Shown here piece after piece: positions 1 through 8,926 of a DNA stretch of 64,000 nucleotides. The notes below the pieces were generated by a model. The model was not told where the DNA came from. It was given only the letters and a program-made list of their open reading frames with translations, and made no database searches. This stretch comes from Deltaproteobacteria bacterium (lineage in GTDB: Bacteria > Myxococcota_A > UBA9160 > UBA4427). Positions within the stretch are counted from its first letter, which is position 1, and each line of letters begins with the position of its first letter. The stretch is from NCBI GenBank assembly GCA_029261855.1, contig JAJDAN010000034.1, positions 53,953-117,952 on the forward strand, written 5' to 3'. The position numbers and the translations under genes are program-made.

Positions 1-1
1 G

Positions 2-706
2 GACGAGAACAAACTGTTCCTGCTCTTCGGCTCCCCTCACGTCGCCCGCGCCTTCGGGATCCCCCTGTGGCTGAAGGACGAAGCCGCCTACGACCTCGTC
101 GCCGAGTACGAGGCCAATGCCTGGAAGGCCGCCGGCGTCGACGAACCTGCCGAAGCCATGGTCGGCGTACGCAAGACGCCGGTCTTCGCCTACCGCTTCG
201 ACTGGGACGAAGAGCCCACCCTGCTGTGGGCGGACTTCTCGAAGATGCTGGGCGCGGCGCACGCTCTGGAAATTCCGTTCGTCTTCGGCACCCTCGACCT
301 GGGCCGCGGCAACCGCTTCCTATGGGACGAGGAACGCATCCCGGAACGAGACGCGCTTTCCGACGCGATGATGTCGTACTGGGCCAACTTCGCGTACACC
401 GGAGACCCCGGGCAGGGCCGTGCGAACGAGCTCGGGAGCTGGGCGGCCTGGGACGCGTCGAGCGCCGATTCCGACCGCTTCTTGATCTTCGACACCCCTG
501 CGGACGGTGGCATCCGTATGTCGTCGGACAAGGTCACGAACGCTGCACTCGTCGCGCAGCTGAAGCAGGACGAACGCTTCACGAACGAACGCGATCGCTG
601 CGACATCTTCTTCCAGTTCATGAGCTGGCGGGAGGTGGTCAGCGAAGCCGAGTACGCGGCGGCCTGTCCCGACTACCCGATGGAAGACTATCCCTGGGAC
701 GAATGA
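2..706 (+). CDS. Carboxylesterase family protein (type B), C-terminal part; 5' end outside window
   Basis: Frame open from the window edge. Motifs PVFAYRFDW, GAAHALEIPFVFG and MMSYWANFAYTGDP are typical of the carboxylesterase C-terminus. Confidence 0.9.
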   Translation, partial: DENKLFLLFGSPHVARAFGIPLWLKDEAAYDLVAEYEANAWKAAGVDEPAEAMVGVRKTPVFAYRFDWDEEPTLLWADFSKMLGAAHALEIPFVFGTLDLGRGNRFLWDEERIPERDALSDAMMSYWANFAYTGDPGQGRANELGSWAAWDASSADSDRFLIFDTPADGGIRMSSDKVTNAALVAQLKQDERFTNERDRCDIFFQFMSWREVVSEAEYAAACPDYPMEDYPWDE

Positions 707-736
707 CCATCGCTGGGACGAATGACGGGCCCGGGG

Positions 737-2554
737 ATGAGTGACGACCCGCTGATCGGCCACGAGATCGGTGAGCGCTACCGGATCGCGTCGCGCCTGG
801 GCGTCGGGGGCATGGCGACGGCCTATCTCGCGGTCGACACCCGCGTCCAGCGCGAGGTGGTGATCAAGGTCCCGCACGCGGAGCTGCTCGCGCGACCGGG
901 CTTTCGCGAGCGCTTCCAGCGCGAGATCCGAAGTCTCACCGAGCTGCAGCACCCCGGCATCGTGCCGCTCTACGACTGCGGTGAAGAGCCGGGCGGCGTT
1001 CCCTGGTGTGCGGTGCGGTATCTGGCCGGTGGCGATCTGGCCGACCGCCTGGAACGCGCCGGCGGCCGGATCCCGGCTGCGGAGATCGCAGGCTGGCTGC
1101 CGCGGGTGGCCGAGGCACTGGACTTCATCCACCAGGCGGGGGTCCTGCACCGCGACGTCACTCCGGTCAACATCCTCTTCGACCCGTCGGGCAACGTCTT
1201 CCTCTCGGACTTCGGCGTCGCCGCGATCCTGCGCGCTTCGGACGAGACCGGCGGCGAGACCGCGGACGACGGCCGTCTCACCGCAGAGGGGTCGTTCGTC
1301 GGCGCCGCCGTGTATGCGCCGCCCGAGGCGGTGTCGCGCGAGCTGACTCCGGCCTACGACCAGTACAGCCTCTCGCTGGTCCTCTACCACGCGCTGTGTG
1401 GCTACCTGCCGTACGCGCAGATCGAGCACCGCGCGCTGATGATCGCCAAGAACAGCGATCCCCCCGCGCCCCTGGACGAACGCGGCGTTCCGATCCCGCC
1501 CGCCGCGACCCACGCCGTGATGCGAGGCTTGTCGCGGGACCCGGCCGATCGCTTCCCGTCCTGCATCGCCCTGGCCGAGTCCTTCACCGGCGACGATGAC
1601 GGCATCATCACCCAGGAAATCGCGCTCCCCAAGCTGACCCGCGACACCGCTTCCACGCGCATGCGATGGATCGGGCTCGGCGTCCTGGCCGCCGGCATCG
1701 GGCTCGCACTCACCTGGATGCTGCTCGAGCGACGACTTGCGTCCGAAGCCCCGTCGCCCGCAACCGATGAGATCGCCGCGACCGCCGCCGAAGCCGTCGT
1801 CCTGGCCGGAACCTTCCGGGCAGGTACGACCCCGGACGAGCTCGCCGACGCCCTGCGCCTGTGCAGTCGTCACGCCGCCGACTGCCCGGCCTCGCTGTAC
1901 GACGACGAGACGCCGCACTCGGCGACCGTTGGCCCCTTCGTGCTCGACCGCAGCGAGGCGACCAACCGCGAGTTCGCGGCGTTCGTCGCGGCAACGGGCT
2001 ACGTCACCACCGCCGAGACCCGCGGCACCAGCCGGGACGGCCCCTTCGAAGAACGTGGACTGCGATGGCAGCGGCCCGCGGGCCCGCGGTCCTCCCACAA
2101 GGACCTGCCCGGCCATCCCGTCGTCCACGTGAGTGCCGCCGATGCGGAGGCCTACTGCGCACACCAGGGCAAGCGGCTTCCCAGCGAGGACGAATGGGAG
2201 TTCGCGGCGCGTGGCGAAGAGAGCCGCATCTATCCCTGGGGCAACACCTGGGACCGGGACGCGGCGAGCTGGGCCTCCGGCGCTTCCACCCGGCTGCGCC
2301 CGGTGGGCAGCTTCCCCGAAGGGCCGTACGGGCACGTCGATCTGGCGGGGAACGTGTGGGAGTGGACCGGCACTCATACCACGGGGCGCACCGCGGGGCG
2401 CGCCCAGAGCGGCACTGCTGAGCGCGTCCTCAAGGGCGGCTCCTGGATGGAGACCAATCCGGCGAACCTGCGGGCTGCGGCGCGACTGGCGGCCGACCCG
2501 GCAGACCGCAGCAGCGACATCGGCTTTCGTTGCGCGCGCGACACCGCGCAGTAG
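737..2554 (+). CDS. Membrane Ser/Thr protein kinase with C-terminal FGE-sulfatase (SUMF1) domain
   Basis: Kinase motifs LGVGGMATAY, VVIK, HRDVTPVN, DFG and YAPPE. One TM (WIGLGVLAAGIGLALTWMLL). FGE motifs HPVVHVS, KRLPSEDEWEFAARG, DLAGNVWEW and IGFRCAR. Alternative start at 722. Confidence 0.9.
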   Translation: MSDDPLIGHEIGERYRIASRLGVGGMATAYLAVDTRVQREVVIKVPHAELLARPGFRERFQREIRSLTELQHPGIVPLYDCGEEPGGVPWCAVRYLAGGDLADRLERAGGRIPAAEIAGWLPRVAEALDFIHQAGVLHRDVTPVNILFDPSGNVFLSDFGVAAILRASDETGGETADDGRLTAEGSFVGAAVYAPPEAVSRELTPAYDQYSLSLVLYHALCGYLPYAQIEHRALMIAKNSDPPAPLDERGVPIPPAATHAVMRGLSRDPADRFPSCIALAESFTGDDDGIITQEIALPKLTRDTASTRMRWIGLGVLAAGIGLALTWMLLERRLASEAPSPATDEIAATAAEAVVLAGTFRAGTTPDELADALRLCSRHAADCPASLYDDETPHSATVGPFVLDRSEATNREFAAFVAATGYVTTAETRGTSRDGPFEERGLRWQRPAGPRSSHKDLPGHPVVHVSAADAEAYCAHQGKRLPSEDEWEFAARGEESRIYPWGNTWDRDAASWASGASTRLRPVGSFPEGPYGHVDLAGNVWEWTGTHTTGRTAGRAQSGTAERVLKGGSWMETNPANLRAAARLAADPADRSSDIGFRCARDTAQ

Positions 2555-2597
2555 CCTGGGGAGATCTCTTCCCACTCTGCCGAGAACGGGGACCACG

Positions 2598-3572
2598 ATG
2601 ATTGGACGCAGGCTCTCCATCGTCTTTGCGACGCTGCTGCTCGCAGGCCCGGGGGCTGCCGCCGACCCGCGAGAGCAAACGATCGGAGCGCTTCAGCAGA
2701 TCGAGCACAGTGACGCGATCGGCGTCGAGGCCTGGATCGAGGGGACCGTGGCCGATCAGGTACGCGTCGGAGATCCCGTCGACTTCCGCTTCGACAGCAA
2801 GAGCGCCGTCTATCTCACGACGGTGTACGTGGACGCCGCCGGCGCCATGACCATCCTGCACAGCGGTGGCGAGAGCGATCGCCTGACGCCGGGGCAGGTG
2901 GTGAGCTACCCCGCGCCCGACTCGGGGAAGCGCATGGTCGCCCAGCCCCCGCTCGGTCGCGAGCAGGTGTTCGCGATCGCGACCCTCGAGCCGCTGCCCC
3001 AGGACATGTTCGCCGATCCCGACGGCAAGCGGATCGTCGTGTTCGAGCGCCCCGAGGAAGCACGCCATTTCGCCCGTCGGCTATCGGACTACCTGAGCAT
3101 CCTCGACGAGGGCAGCGTGGACGTCACGTCGTTCTCTCACGAGATCGTTCCGGAAAGCACGCCCCAACGCTACGCACAGGCGCAGATCGTCGAGCACTTC
3201 ACCACGCAGACGAGGTCATTGCGACGACGCAAGCTCGATCTCGACATCCAGTTCGAGTTCGGGTCCGAGAAGCTCACCCCCCAGGCGAAGCAGGACCTCG
3301 ACGAGCTGGGCCGCGCCCTCGAGCACCCGGCCATGAAGACCCGACGCTTCGAACTCGCCGGGCACACCGACGACGTTGGCGCCGCGGGCTACAACATGGA
3401 CCTCTCGAAGAAGCGCGCGCGCGCAGCCTACGAGTACCTGATGTCCCGCTACGACATCCCGCGCGAAGCCGTGCAGACCGCCGGCTACGGCGAGGAGCGA
3501 CCCATCGTCGATGGCAGCAGCGAAGACGCCCGGCGAAGGAATCGCCGGGTCGTGATCGAACAGCTCCCCTGA
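2598..3572 (+). CDS. Secreted DUF4384-like + OmpA C-terminal peptidoglycan-binding protein
   Basis: Signal peptide from ATG 2598. N-terminal VRVGDPVDFRF..YLTTVYVD..PPLGREQVFAIAT (DUF4384-like). C-terminal IQFEFGS, GHTDDVG..YNMDLSKKRA, GYGEERP and NRRV (OmpA_C). Confidence 0.85.
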   Translation: MIGRRLSIVFATLLLAGPGAAADPREQTIGALQQIEHSDAIGVEAWIEGTVADQVRVGDPVDFRFDSKSAVYLTTVYVDAAGAMTILHSGGESDRLTPGQVVSYPAPDSGKRMVAQPPLGREQVFAIATLEPLPQDMFADPDGKRIVVFERPEEARHFARRLSDYLSILDEGSVDVTSFSHEIVPESTPQRYAQAQIVEHFTTQTRSLRRRKLDLDIQFEFGSEKLTPQAKQDLDELGRALEHPAMKTRRFELAGHTDDVGAAGYNMDLSKKRARAAYEYLMSRYDIPREAVQTAGYGEERPIVDGSSEDARRRNRRVVIEQLP

Positions 3573-3606
3573 CACCACGCTCCGCCGAAACCCCGGCTTC
3601 GGCCTG

Positions 3607-4260
3607 CTAGCGGCCAAGAGCCGCCATGAGCCAGCGCCAGGCTGCCGCCGGGGTCGGAGACAAGCGGAAGAGCCGACCTCGCAGCCTGCGTCGGTCGCGG
3701 CGTGTCCTGGCATGGGGCGCCAGGCTCTCGAGGATCCGCCTTGCCGGCTGCCTCGCGCCGCTGCGCGCCATCACGCCTGCCAGACTGAAGTTCGCTTCGA
3801 AGTGGGTCGGCTCGATGCGGCGCGCCCGACGCAACAGCGCGAGTGCGTCCGGGCGCTTCGCGCGAGATCGGAAGTGGCCGGACCCTTCGAGCAACACGGA
3901 CACGGCGTCCGGGCGACGGTCCCTTTCCAGCTCGAGATCCGAGAGAGAGCACCACACCGGCGCCTGGTCCGGGAAGCGTCCCGCGTAGCTGCGATGGACG
4001 CCGATCGCTTCGGCGACGAAGCCTCGCTTCGCGAGGTCCTCCGCAGCAAGACAGCCGTCCCGCCAGGCTTCCTCTCGCTGTCCTGCGCGGACGCGCAGGC
4101 CAGCCACTCGTCTCAGGAGATCGGTGTTCTCGGGCTCGACTTCACGGACGCGCTCGTAGAGCGCGATCGCCTTGGCGTGAGCGCCTCGCTTGGCGGCGCG
4201 CCGCGCGTCGGCCAGCAGCCGCGCCCGGTCGTACCCCTTGTCACCGCCAAACCAGGACAT
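3607..4260 (-). CDS. Tetratricopeptide repeat protein
   Basis: Repeated helical TPR-like units (AIALYERVREVEPEN, ALALLRRARRIEPTH); no signal peptide. Confidence 0.75.
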   Translation of the reverse strand: MSWFGGDKGYDRARLLADARRAAKRGAHAKAIALYERVREVEPENTDLLRRVAGLRVRAGQREEAWRDGCLAAEDLAKRGFVAEAIGVHRSYAGRFPDQAPVWCSLSDLELERDRRPDAVSVLLEGSGHFRSRAKRPDALALLRRARRIEPTHFEANFSLAGVMARSGARQPARRILESLAPHARTRRDRRRLRGRLFRLSPTPAAAWRWLMAALGR

Positions 4261-4276
4261 CGACTCCGGATTCCGA

Positions 4277-4861
4277 TCAGGCCGCCGCCTTCTGCGCCTC
4301 GCGCCGGCGGTCGGCGTCTTCGAAGAGCACCTGCACGTCGCGGAGCGACGTCAAGAGCCGGCCGTAGAGCCGGATCTTCAGGCCCTCGAGGATCGAGAAG
4401 CCGATCAGGGCGAAGATCGAAGAGGTCAGCGCCAGCGCCAGCGCGCCGAGCTCGAGAGACGAGTCCGAGACCTGCATCGACAGGAACAGGATCAACATGC
4501 CGCCGGTGGTCCCGATGAAGCCGATCGGCGGAAGCAGGCTGCCGAACATGGTGATGAGCCGGATGTAGTTCACTTCGAACTCGTTCATCACGTACTGACG
4601 GCTGGCGTCGAAGACGAAGTCGCTCGGATGATGGTCCTCGTTCTCCTTCAGGGACTTGCGGAGAATGCGCATCATCAAGACCGCGAAGGGCTCCGTGCGA
4701 CCACGCTTGGGCTCATCCCCCTGCCGCAGGACCGCCGGGTCTACGCGCCGGGTCGCTCCCCAGCCGCGCAGGGTGACGCGAATGGCCTTGTAGAACGGGA
4801 CGATCGTGCACACCAGCGCCACGACCGTCAGGATCCACGCAACATTTTCTTCACTGAACAA
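4277..4861 (-). CDS. MotA/TolQ/ExbB proton channel family protein
   Basis: N-terminal TM, then LLPPIGFIGTTGGM (TolQ/ExbB P-x-x-G-x-x-G-T motif) and a third TM. TTG start. Confidence 0.8.
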   Translation of the reverse strand: MFSEENVAWILTVVALVCTIVPFYKAIRVTLRGWGATRRVDPAVLRQGDEPKRGRTEPFAVLMMRILRKSLKENEDHHPSDFVFDASRQYVMNEFEVNYIRLITMFGSLLPPIGFIGTTGGMLILFLSMQVSDSSLELGALALALTSSIFALIGFSILEGLKIRLYGRLLTSLRDVQVLFEDADRRREAQKAAA

Positions 4862-4873
4862 CGTCTCTACCCC

Positions 4874-4940
4874 CTAGCAGCGTGCGCGGCAGAAGGCCGC
4901 GCGCCCGCAGCAAGCCGGAATCTGCGATTCCGGCCGCTAG
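4874..4940. repeat. MITE/REP-like intergenic element, copy 1
   Basis: CTAGCAGC...GCCGCTAG termini and two internal hairpins; near-identical copy at 28732-28798. Confidence 0.75.
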
Positions 4941-5470
4941 CCTTTCCACTTGCGGTCCCGCAGGACCTCGAGACCGTCGCCCAGGGTTCCCTGACGCCCG
5001 ATCGGATACTCGATGAGAAGCGCTTCGCGGCCGCCGTAGCGGCGCTCGATGTCGTCGATGGTCTGCTGCACGCGGCGCGGGTAGCGCATCTGGATGAGCA
5101 GCTCGGCCTTGGCGAAGCGCAGACTCGCATCGACGCCGGCGAGCTCCGCGTGTCGGCTCTGCCACTCGCTGCGCAGCAGCGGGTCGAGGTACTCGCCCAG
5201 GTAGGCCGCCAGGAAGGCATCGAAGAGCGCGATGGATCGCGAATCACGCCGATCCACGAGCGTGCTCAGCGTCGCGTGAAAGTGGAGCAGATCGCGGTAC
5301 GAGCGGTCGAGGTCGTGCTTGCGCTGCACCAGCGCCTCGCCACCCAGGGGCGCTTCGTTGCGCACGTTGTCGTCCATGTCGGTCGGCTCGCCCGCGCAGG
5401 CCAGCAACCCCGTCGCTCCCATCGCGATGGCGATGGCCGTTCCGAGCGTCAGAAAGCGTCGCGCCCTCAT
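4937..5470 (-). CDS. Hypothetical lipoprotein (helical, TPR-like)
   Basis: Signal peptide with lipobox LLAC; ATGA overlap with the upstream gene. Confidence 0.75.
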   Translation of the reverse strand: MRARRFLTLGTAIAIAMGATGLLACAGEPTDMDDNVRNEAPLGGEALVQRKHDLDRSYRDLLHFHATLSTLVDRRDSRSIALFDAFLAAYLGEYLDPLLRSEWQSRHAELAGVDASLRFAKAELLIQMRYPRRVQQTIDDIERRYGGREALLIEYPIGRQGTLGDGLEVLRDRKWKG

Positions 5471-7569
5471 GATTCAGATCCCCCGTCGAGCGGCGCCGCG
5501 CTCGATCGTTTCTCGTGATACATCTTGCGCAGCAGCGTATGGGCGGGATGGTCACGCTGGGCGCGCAGCTCGTCGATCATCCCGTCCGCACTGCGAGTCG
5601 CGCGATAGAGCGGAAGGGCTCGCTTGCGCGATTCGACCTGTCGCTCGAGCTTCGCGAGCTGGTCGGTCACCTTGTGGATGCGTCGCGTGACTGCCGTACG
5701 CTCGGCCCGGGTGGGCTCGCGGCTTCCGCCGTCCGGGGCTGCCTTCGCCGGCGACGACGCGGACCCTCCGCGGCCGTTCATGTTGGCTCGCTGGCGTTCG
5801 AGGTCGCGCAGCTCGGACTCGAGCTTCGACTGTCGGGACTGGACGTCCGCGAGACTCTGCTCGAGGACGCCCTTGTCCTCGCTGTCCGCGAAGCCCATGT
5901 ACATCAGCACCAGGTCGTCACCCAGGGCGCGCCGCATGGCGCCGAAGGACTTGGCGCCGGGCTCCTTGGCCTGGATCCACTTGTGTACCTCGCGCGAACG
6001 CACCACCGAGTCGGCGATGGGTCGAGCGAGGTTCATGTAGTCGTTCGCCTGACCCTTGCGTTCGAGCGCGTTGGTCAGCAGGGACCACGCGCGCCGATCG
6101 AAGGGGTACAGGTCGAGGGCCGCGATGTAGCGCTTGACCACGAGGTCGATCTCGGCGGCGGTCGGGTTGCTTTCCTGGTAGCTCATGTACGAATCGCCGA
6201 AGCCGCGAGCGGACTCGTAGGCGGCGAAATAGGCCGATTCGGGCACGAACTCGAGCGAGTCCGGTGTGGCGAACTGCTGGAAGAACGAGAGGTAGCGCGA
6301 GTACATCCGCGAAGCGCTCCGGACCAGCTCGTCCGACCGGTTCTTCTCTTTGAGACTGCGCGCCAGGTAGTAGTCTGCCGCATTGAGGTGTGTTTCCTGG
6401 ATCTCTTCCCACAGACGGTGGACCGTCCGCACGTAGGAGTCGTAGCCGGTACTGCGGAAACCCGCGGCCTTCCAGCCGTCGTTCTCGCGCGCATCGAAGA
6501 GCGCGGCATAGACCTCGATGGCGCCTTCCATCTGGAAGGGCATCTCGATGTAGGGGTCCACACCGAGCCGCTGCTTCGCGGCATACACTTCGCCCATCTG
6601 TCGGAGCACGCGGATGTAGACCGCAGCGCGACCCTGCAGGGTTTCGGACCGGTCCAGCGCAGCCTCGTAGGCGCCGCTCGCCACGCTGATCGCCTTGACG
6701 GTCTCTTCCGTCAGACCCTTCGTCGCCAGCAGACCGCGCGCGCGCTCGTGGTAGCGGCCGGCATCGAAGAGGGCGAGGGTGAAGGTCAGGCTACCGCCGT
6801 CGGACTCCGACCCGGTGACGCGCTCGATGATGCGGTCGAGGTACTGGAGGGAAGACGCCTCGACCGGGATGACGTCGGGATGCGCGCCGACGCGTCCGTC
6901 GTGGAGCAGTCGAACGATCGCGACGAGCGGATCGAGCCCGCGGTTCAGCCCGCCTTCCTGGCTGCGGATGAGAATGAGCCGCGCCTGGTTCTCGAAGACG
7001 TAGGGCAGCGCGGAGACGAAGCCCGAGTTCGCCGACTGCGAAAGCGAGAGCGCCTCGAGAGTCTCGTACGCGCTCTCGAGCGGGACGACGACGTTGAGCC
7101 AGAGATCGAGGTTGTGCTTGACGAAGTCGCTCGGATGGCCCTTTTCGAGGGCTCGGTGGGCGTTGATGTAGTGGAACCAGTACGCGTTCTCGTGGCGACC
7201 TTCCTGTTCCTCGAAGGGCTCGATGGTATCGACGGCCTTGTCGAGATAGTCGACGTTGCGGTCCGCGAGATAGAGCAGGAAGTAGCCCACGGAGAGGCGG
7301 CGGATCCCGGGCTCGTCGAGACCCTGTCCGTCTTCGCGCAGGGATTCATAGGCCTCGTACAAGTACTCTTCGAGGGTCAGCCCGGCCTCTCGACCGTACT
7401 GGGCCAGGCGCTTCTTGAGCGTGGCCGAGTCCGCCGACGAGTACACGTACGCGTAGTCGATGTAGCCCTCCCAGCGAGAGGGGTCGGCCTCGGCGGCCGC
7501 CGCGTGCGGCAGTACCAGCACGGCTAGCGCGATCGCCAGCCCTTGGATGCGTCGAAGTGTGGTGTTCAT
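5467..7569 (-). CDS. Large secreted alpha-helical hypothetical protein with C-terminal coiled coil
   Basis: 700 aa with a Sec signal (LAIALAVLVLPHAAAA). Natural amino-acid composition. Coiled coil LADVQSRQSKLESELRDLERQ. Confidence 0.8.
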   Translation of the reverse strand: MNTTLRRIQGLAIALAVLVLPHAAAAEADPSRWEGYIDYAYVYSSADSATLKKRLAQYGREAGLTLEEYLYEAYESLREDGQGLDEPGIRRLSVGYFLLYLADRNVDYLDKAVDTIEPFEEQEGRHENAYWFHYINAHRALEKGHPSDFVKHNLDLWLNVVVPLESAYETLEALSLSQSANSGFVSALPYVFENQARLILIRSQEGGLNRGLDPLVAIVRLLHDGRVGAHPDVIPVEASSLQYLDRIIERVTGSESDGGSLTFTLALFDAGRYHERARGLLATKGLTEETVKAISVASGAYEAALDRSETLQGRAAVYIRVLRQMGEVYAAKQRLGVDPYIEMPFQMEGAIEVYAALFDARENDGWKAAGFRSTGYDSYVRTVHRLWEEIQETHLNAADYYLARSLKEKNRSDELVRSASRMYSRYLSFFQQFATPDSLEFVPESAYFAAYESARGFGDSYMSYQESNPTAAEIDLVVKRYIAALDLYPFDRRAWSLLTNALERKGQANDYMNLARPIADSVVRSREVHKWIQAKEPGAKSFGAMRRALGDDLVLMYMGFADSEDKGVLEQSLADVQSRQSKLESELRDLERQRANMNGRGGSASSPAKAAPDGGSREPTRAERTAVTRRIHKVTDQLAKLERQVESRKRALPLYRATRSADGMIDELRAQRDHPAHTLLRKMYHEKRSSAAPLDGGSES

Positions 7570-7624
7570 TCCGGATCAGGCTCCCCGTCCAGTGCCTCTC
7601 GAGCTCGAGCTCACTCGAATCGTC

Positions 7625-8926
7625 TCAGCGTGAAACGCACGCGAGCGCGTACTCGAGTTCGACACAGCGATCCGCCAGGGGTCGGTTGGCGGATCGTTCG
7701 ATCGTCATCAGGAAGGCGTTCAGATTCTTGGTCTCCACGAATCGGTAGGTCCCGGCCCGACTTACACATTCCGTCTGCGTCGTTACGGCAGCCACGAGCT
7801 TTCGCTTGAGGGCCTCTTCTTCCCGCTCGGACACGCAGGTCGCGAGCGACGCGAGCGGTACGCCGGCGAGTCCCTTGCCGGCGGTGTGGTCCGACCGGCT
7901 GCGGGTGGTCTCGTTCCGCTCGGTGCGTGCGCGTTCCGTTCGCCGCGGACCGGCCAGGCTGGCGGCTTGCGGCGCGCCCGGTGCGGCGGCGGCCAGCGCC
8001 ATGGGCGGCGGAGCGTTCCGCGAACGCGACGGCTCGGCCACGGGGCGGCTGGTCCGGGCGCGCGTGGGCGCCTTGGCCTGCGCGGCGGGGACGGGCGCCG
8101 CGGACCCCGCAAACGAGACCTTGGCCATCGCGCGCTTCTCGCTCTCATTGCGCGGCGCCGCACGCCGGGTCCGCGTCGGAGCCGCCTCCGGCGCCGGAGC
8201 GGACAGGGCACGCGCTGCGATCGGGGGACCCAGGTCGGCCTTCGGTCGACGAGACGGGGCCTCGGCGCGAACCGCGGCGAAGCGTCGGGTAGAGCTGTCG
8301 GGCCGTTCCACCGCGAGCTTGGGCGCGTTCGTGAGGGGTGCGAGCTCCATCTTCGGCTTGGCGACCTCGCGCACCCGGTTGCCCCGGCGGACGGGCGGAG
8401 GCGGCGCGGGCTTCGGCGCCTGCATGGCGATCGCTTCCATCCGGGGCTTCACGGGCGGAGGCTTCGGCTTGGCGCGGGGCACCGGCTTCGGCTTGGGACG
8501 GACCCGCGGAACGGGCTTCGGCTTCACCTCCGCGATCTTCTGGACCGGCGGCGGCGGCTCGGGCTTCTTCTCCACGATCTTCTGCACCGGCGGCGGCGGC
8601 TCGGGCTCCGGCTCGACGGGGATGGGCTCGGGCTCGATCGCAATGGGCTCGGGCTCCGGCGTCTCTTCGGCCAGCTCCACGACGTCGGAGATCATCACGA
8701 CCTCGAGATCCGTGTAGCCCTGGTCCTTCGACACGGTCACGAAGAGCGCGATGATCATGAACGCGGCCAGCAGCAGCGGCGGCAGCGTGCTGAGGTAGAA
8801 GTCACGACCCGCATCCACCAGCGCGCCGCCAATGGACAGAGACCGGTGCGCGACGAAGTGCGGCTCGGCTGCGAGCTCGACGTTGGCGGCCCCGAAACCG
8901 TATTGCTGGCGAATCCGCCAGCTCAT
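7625..8926 (-). CDS. TonB/TolA-like Pro-rich single-TM energy transducer with atypical Cys-containing C-terminal domain
   Basis: One TM, (EP)n and (KP)n tracts, Ala/Pro-rich linker and a ~75-aa C-terminus with four Cys; ATGA overlap with the exbD-like gene. Confidence 0.7.
   Translation of the reverse strand: MSWRIRQQYGFGAANVELAAEPHFVAHRSLSIGGALVDAGRDFYLSTLPPLLLAAFMIIALFVTVSKDQGYTDLEVVMISDVVELAEETPEPEPIAIEPEPIPVEPEPEPPPPVQKIVEKKPEPPPPVQKIAEVKPKPVPRVRPKPKPVPRAKPKPPPVKPRMEAIAMQAPKPAPPPPVRRGNRVREVAKPKMELAPLTNAPKLAVERPDSSTRRFAAVRAEAPSRRPKADLGPPIAARALSAPAPEAAPTRTRRAAPRNESEKRAMAKVSFAGSAAPVPAAQAKAPTRARTSRPVAEPSRSRNAPPPMALAAAAPGAPQAASLAGPRRTERARTERNETTRSRSDHTAGKGLAGVPLASLATCVSEREEEALKRKLVAAVTTQTECVSRAGTYRFVETKNLNAFLMTIERSANRPLADRCVELEYALACVSR

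Noticed and set aside
2276-2290. SGAS sequence in the FGE domain as a possible flavinylation site
   Set aside because: A 4-residue match is expected by chance, it lacks the usual upstream acidic context, and the gene is unlinked to the apbE operon.
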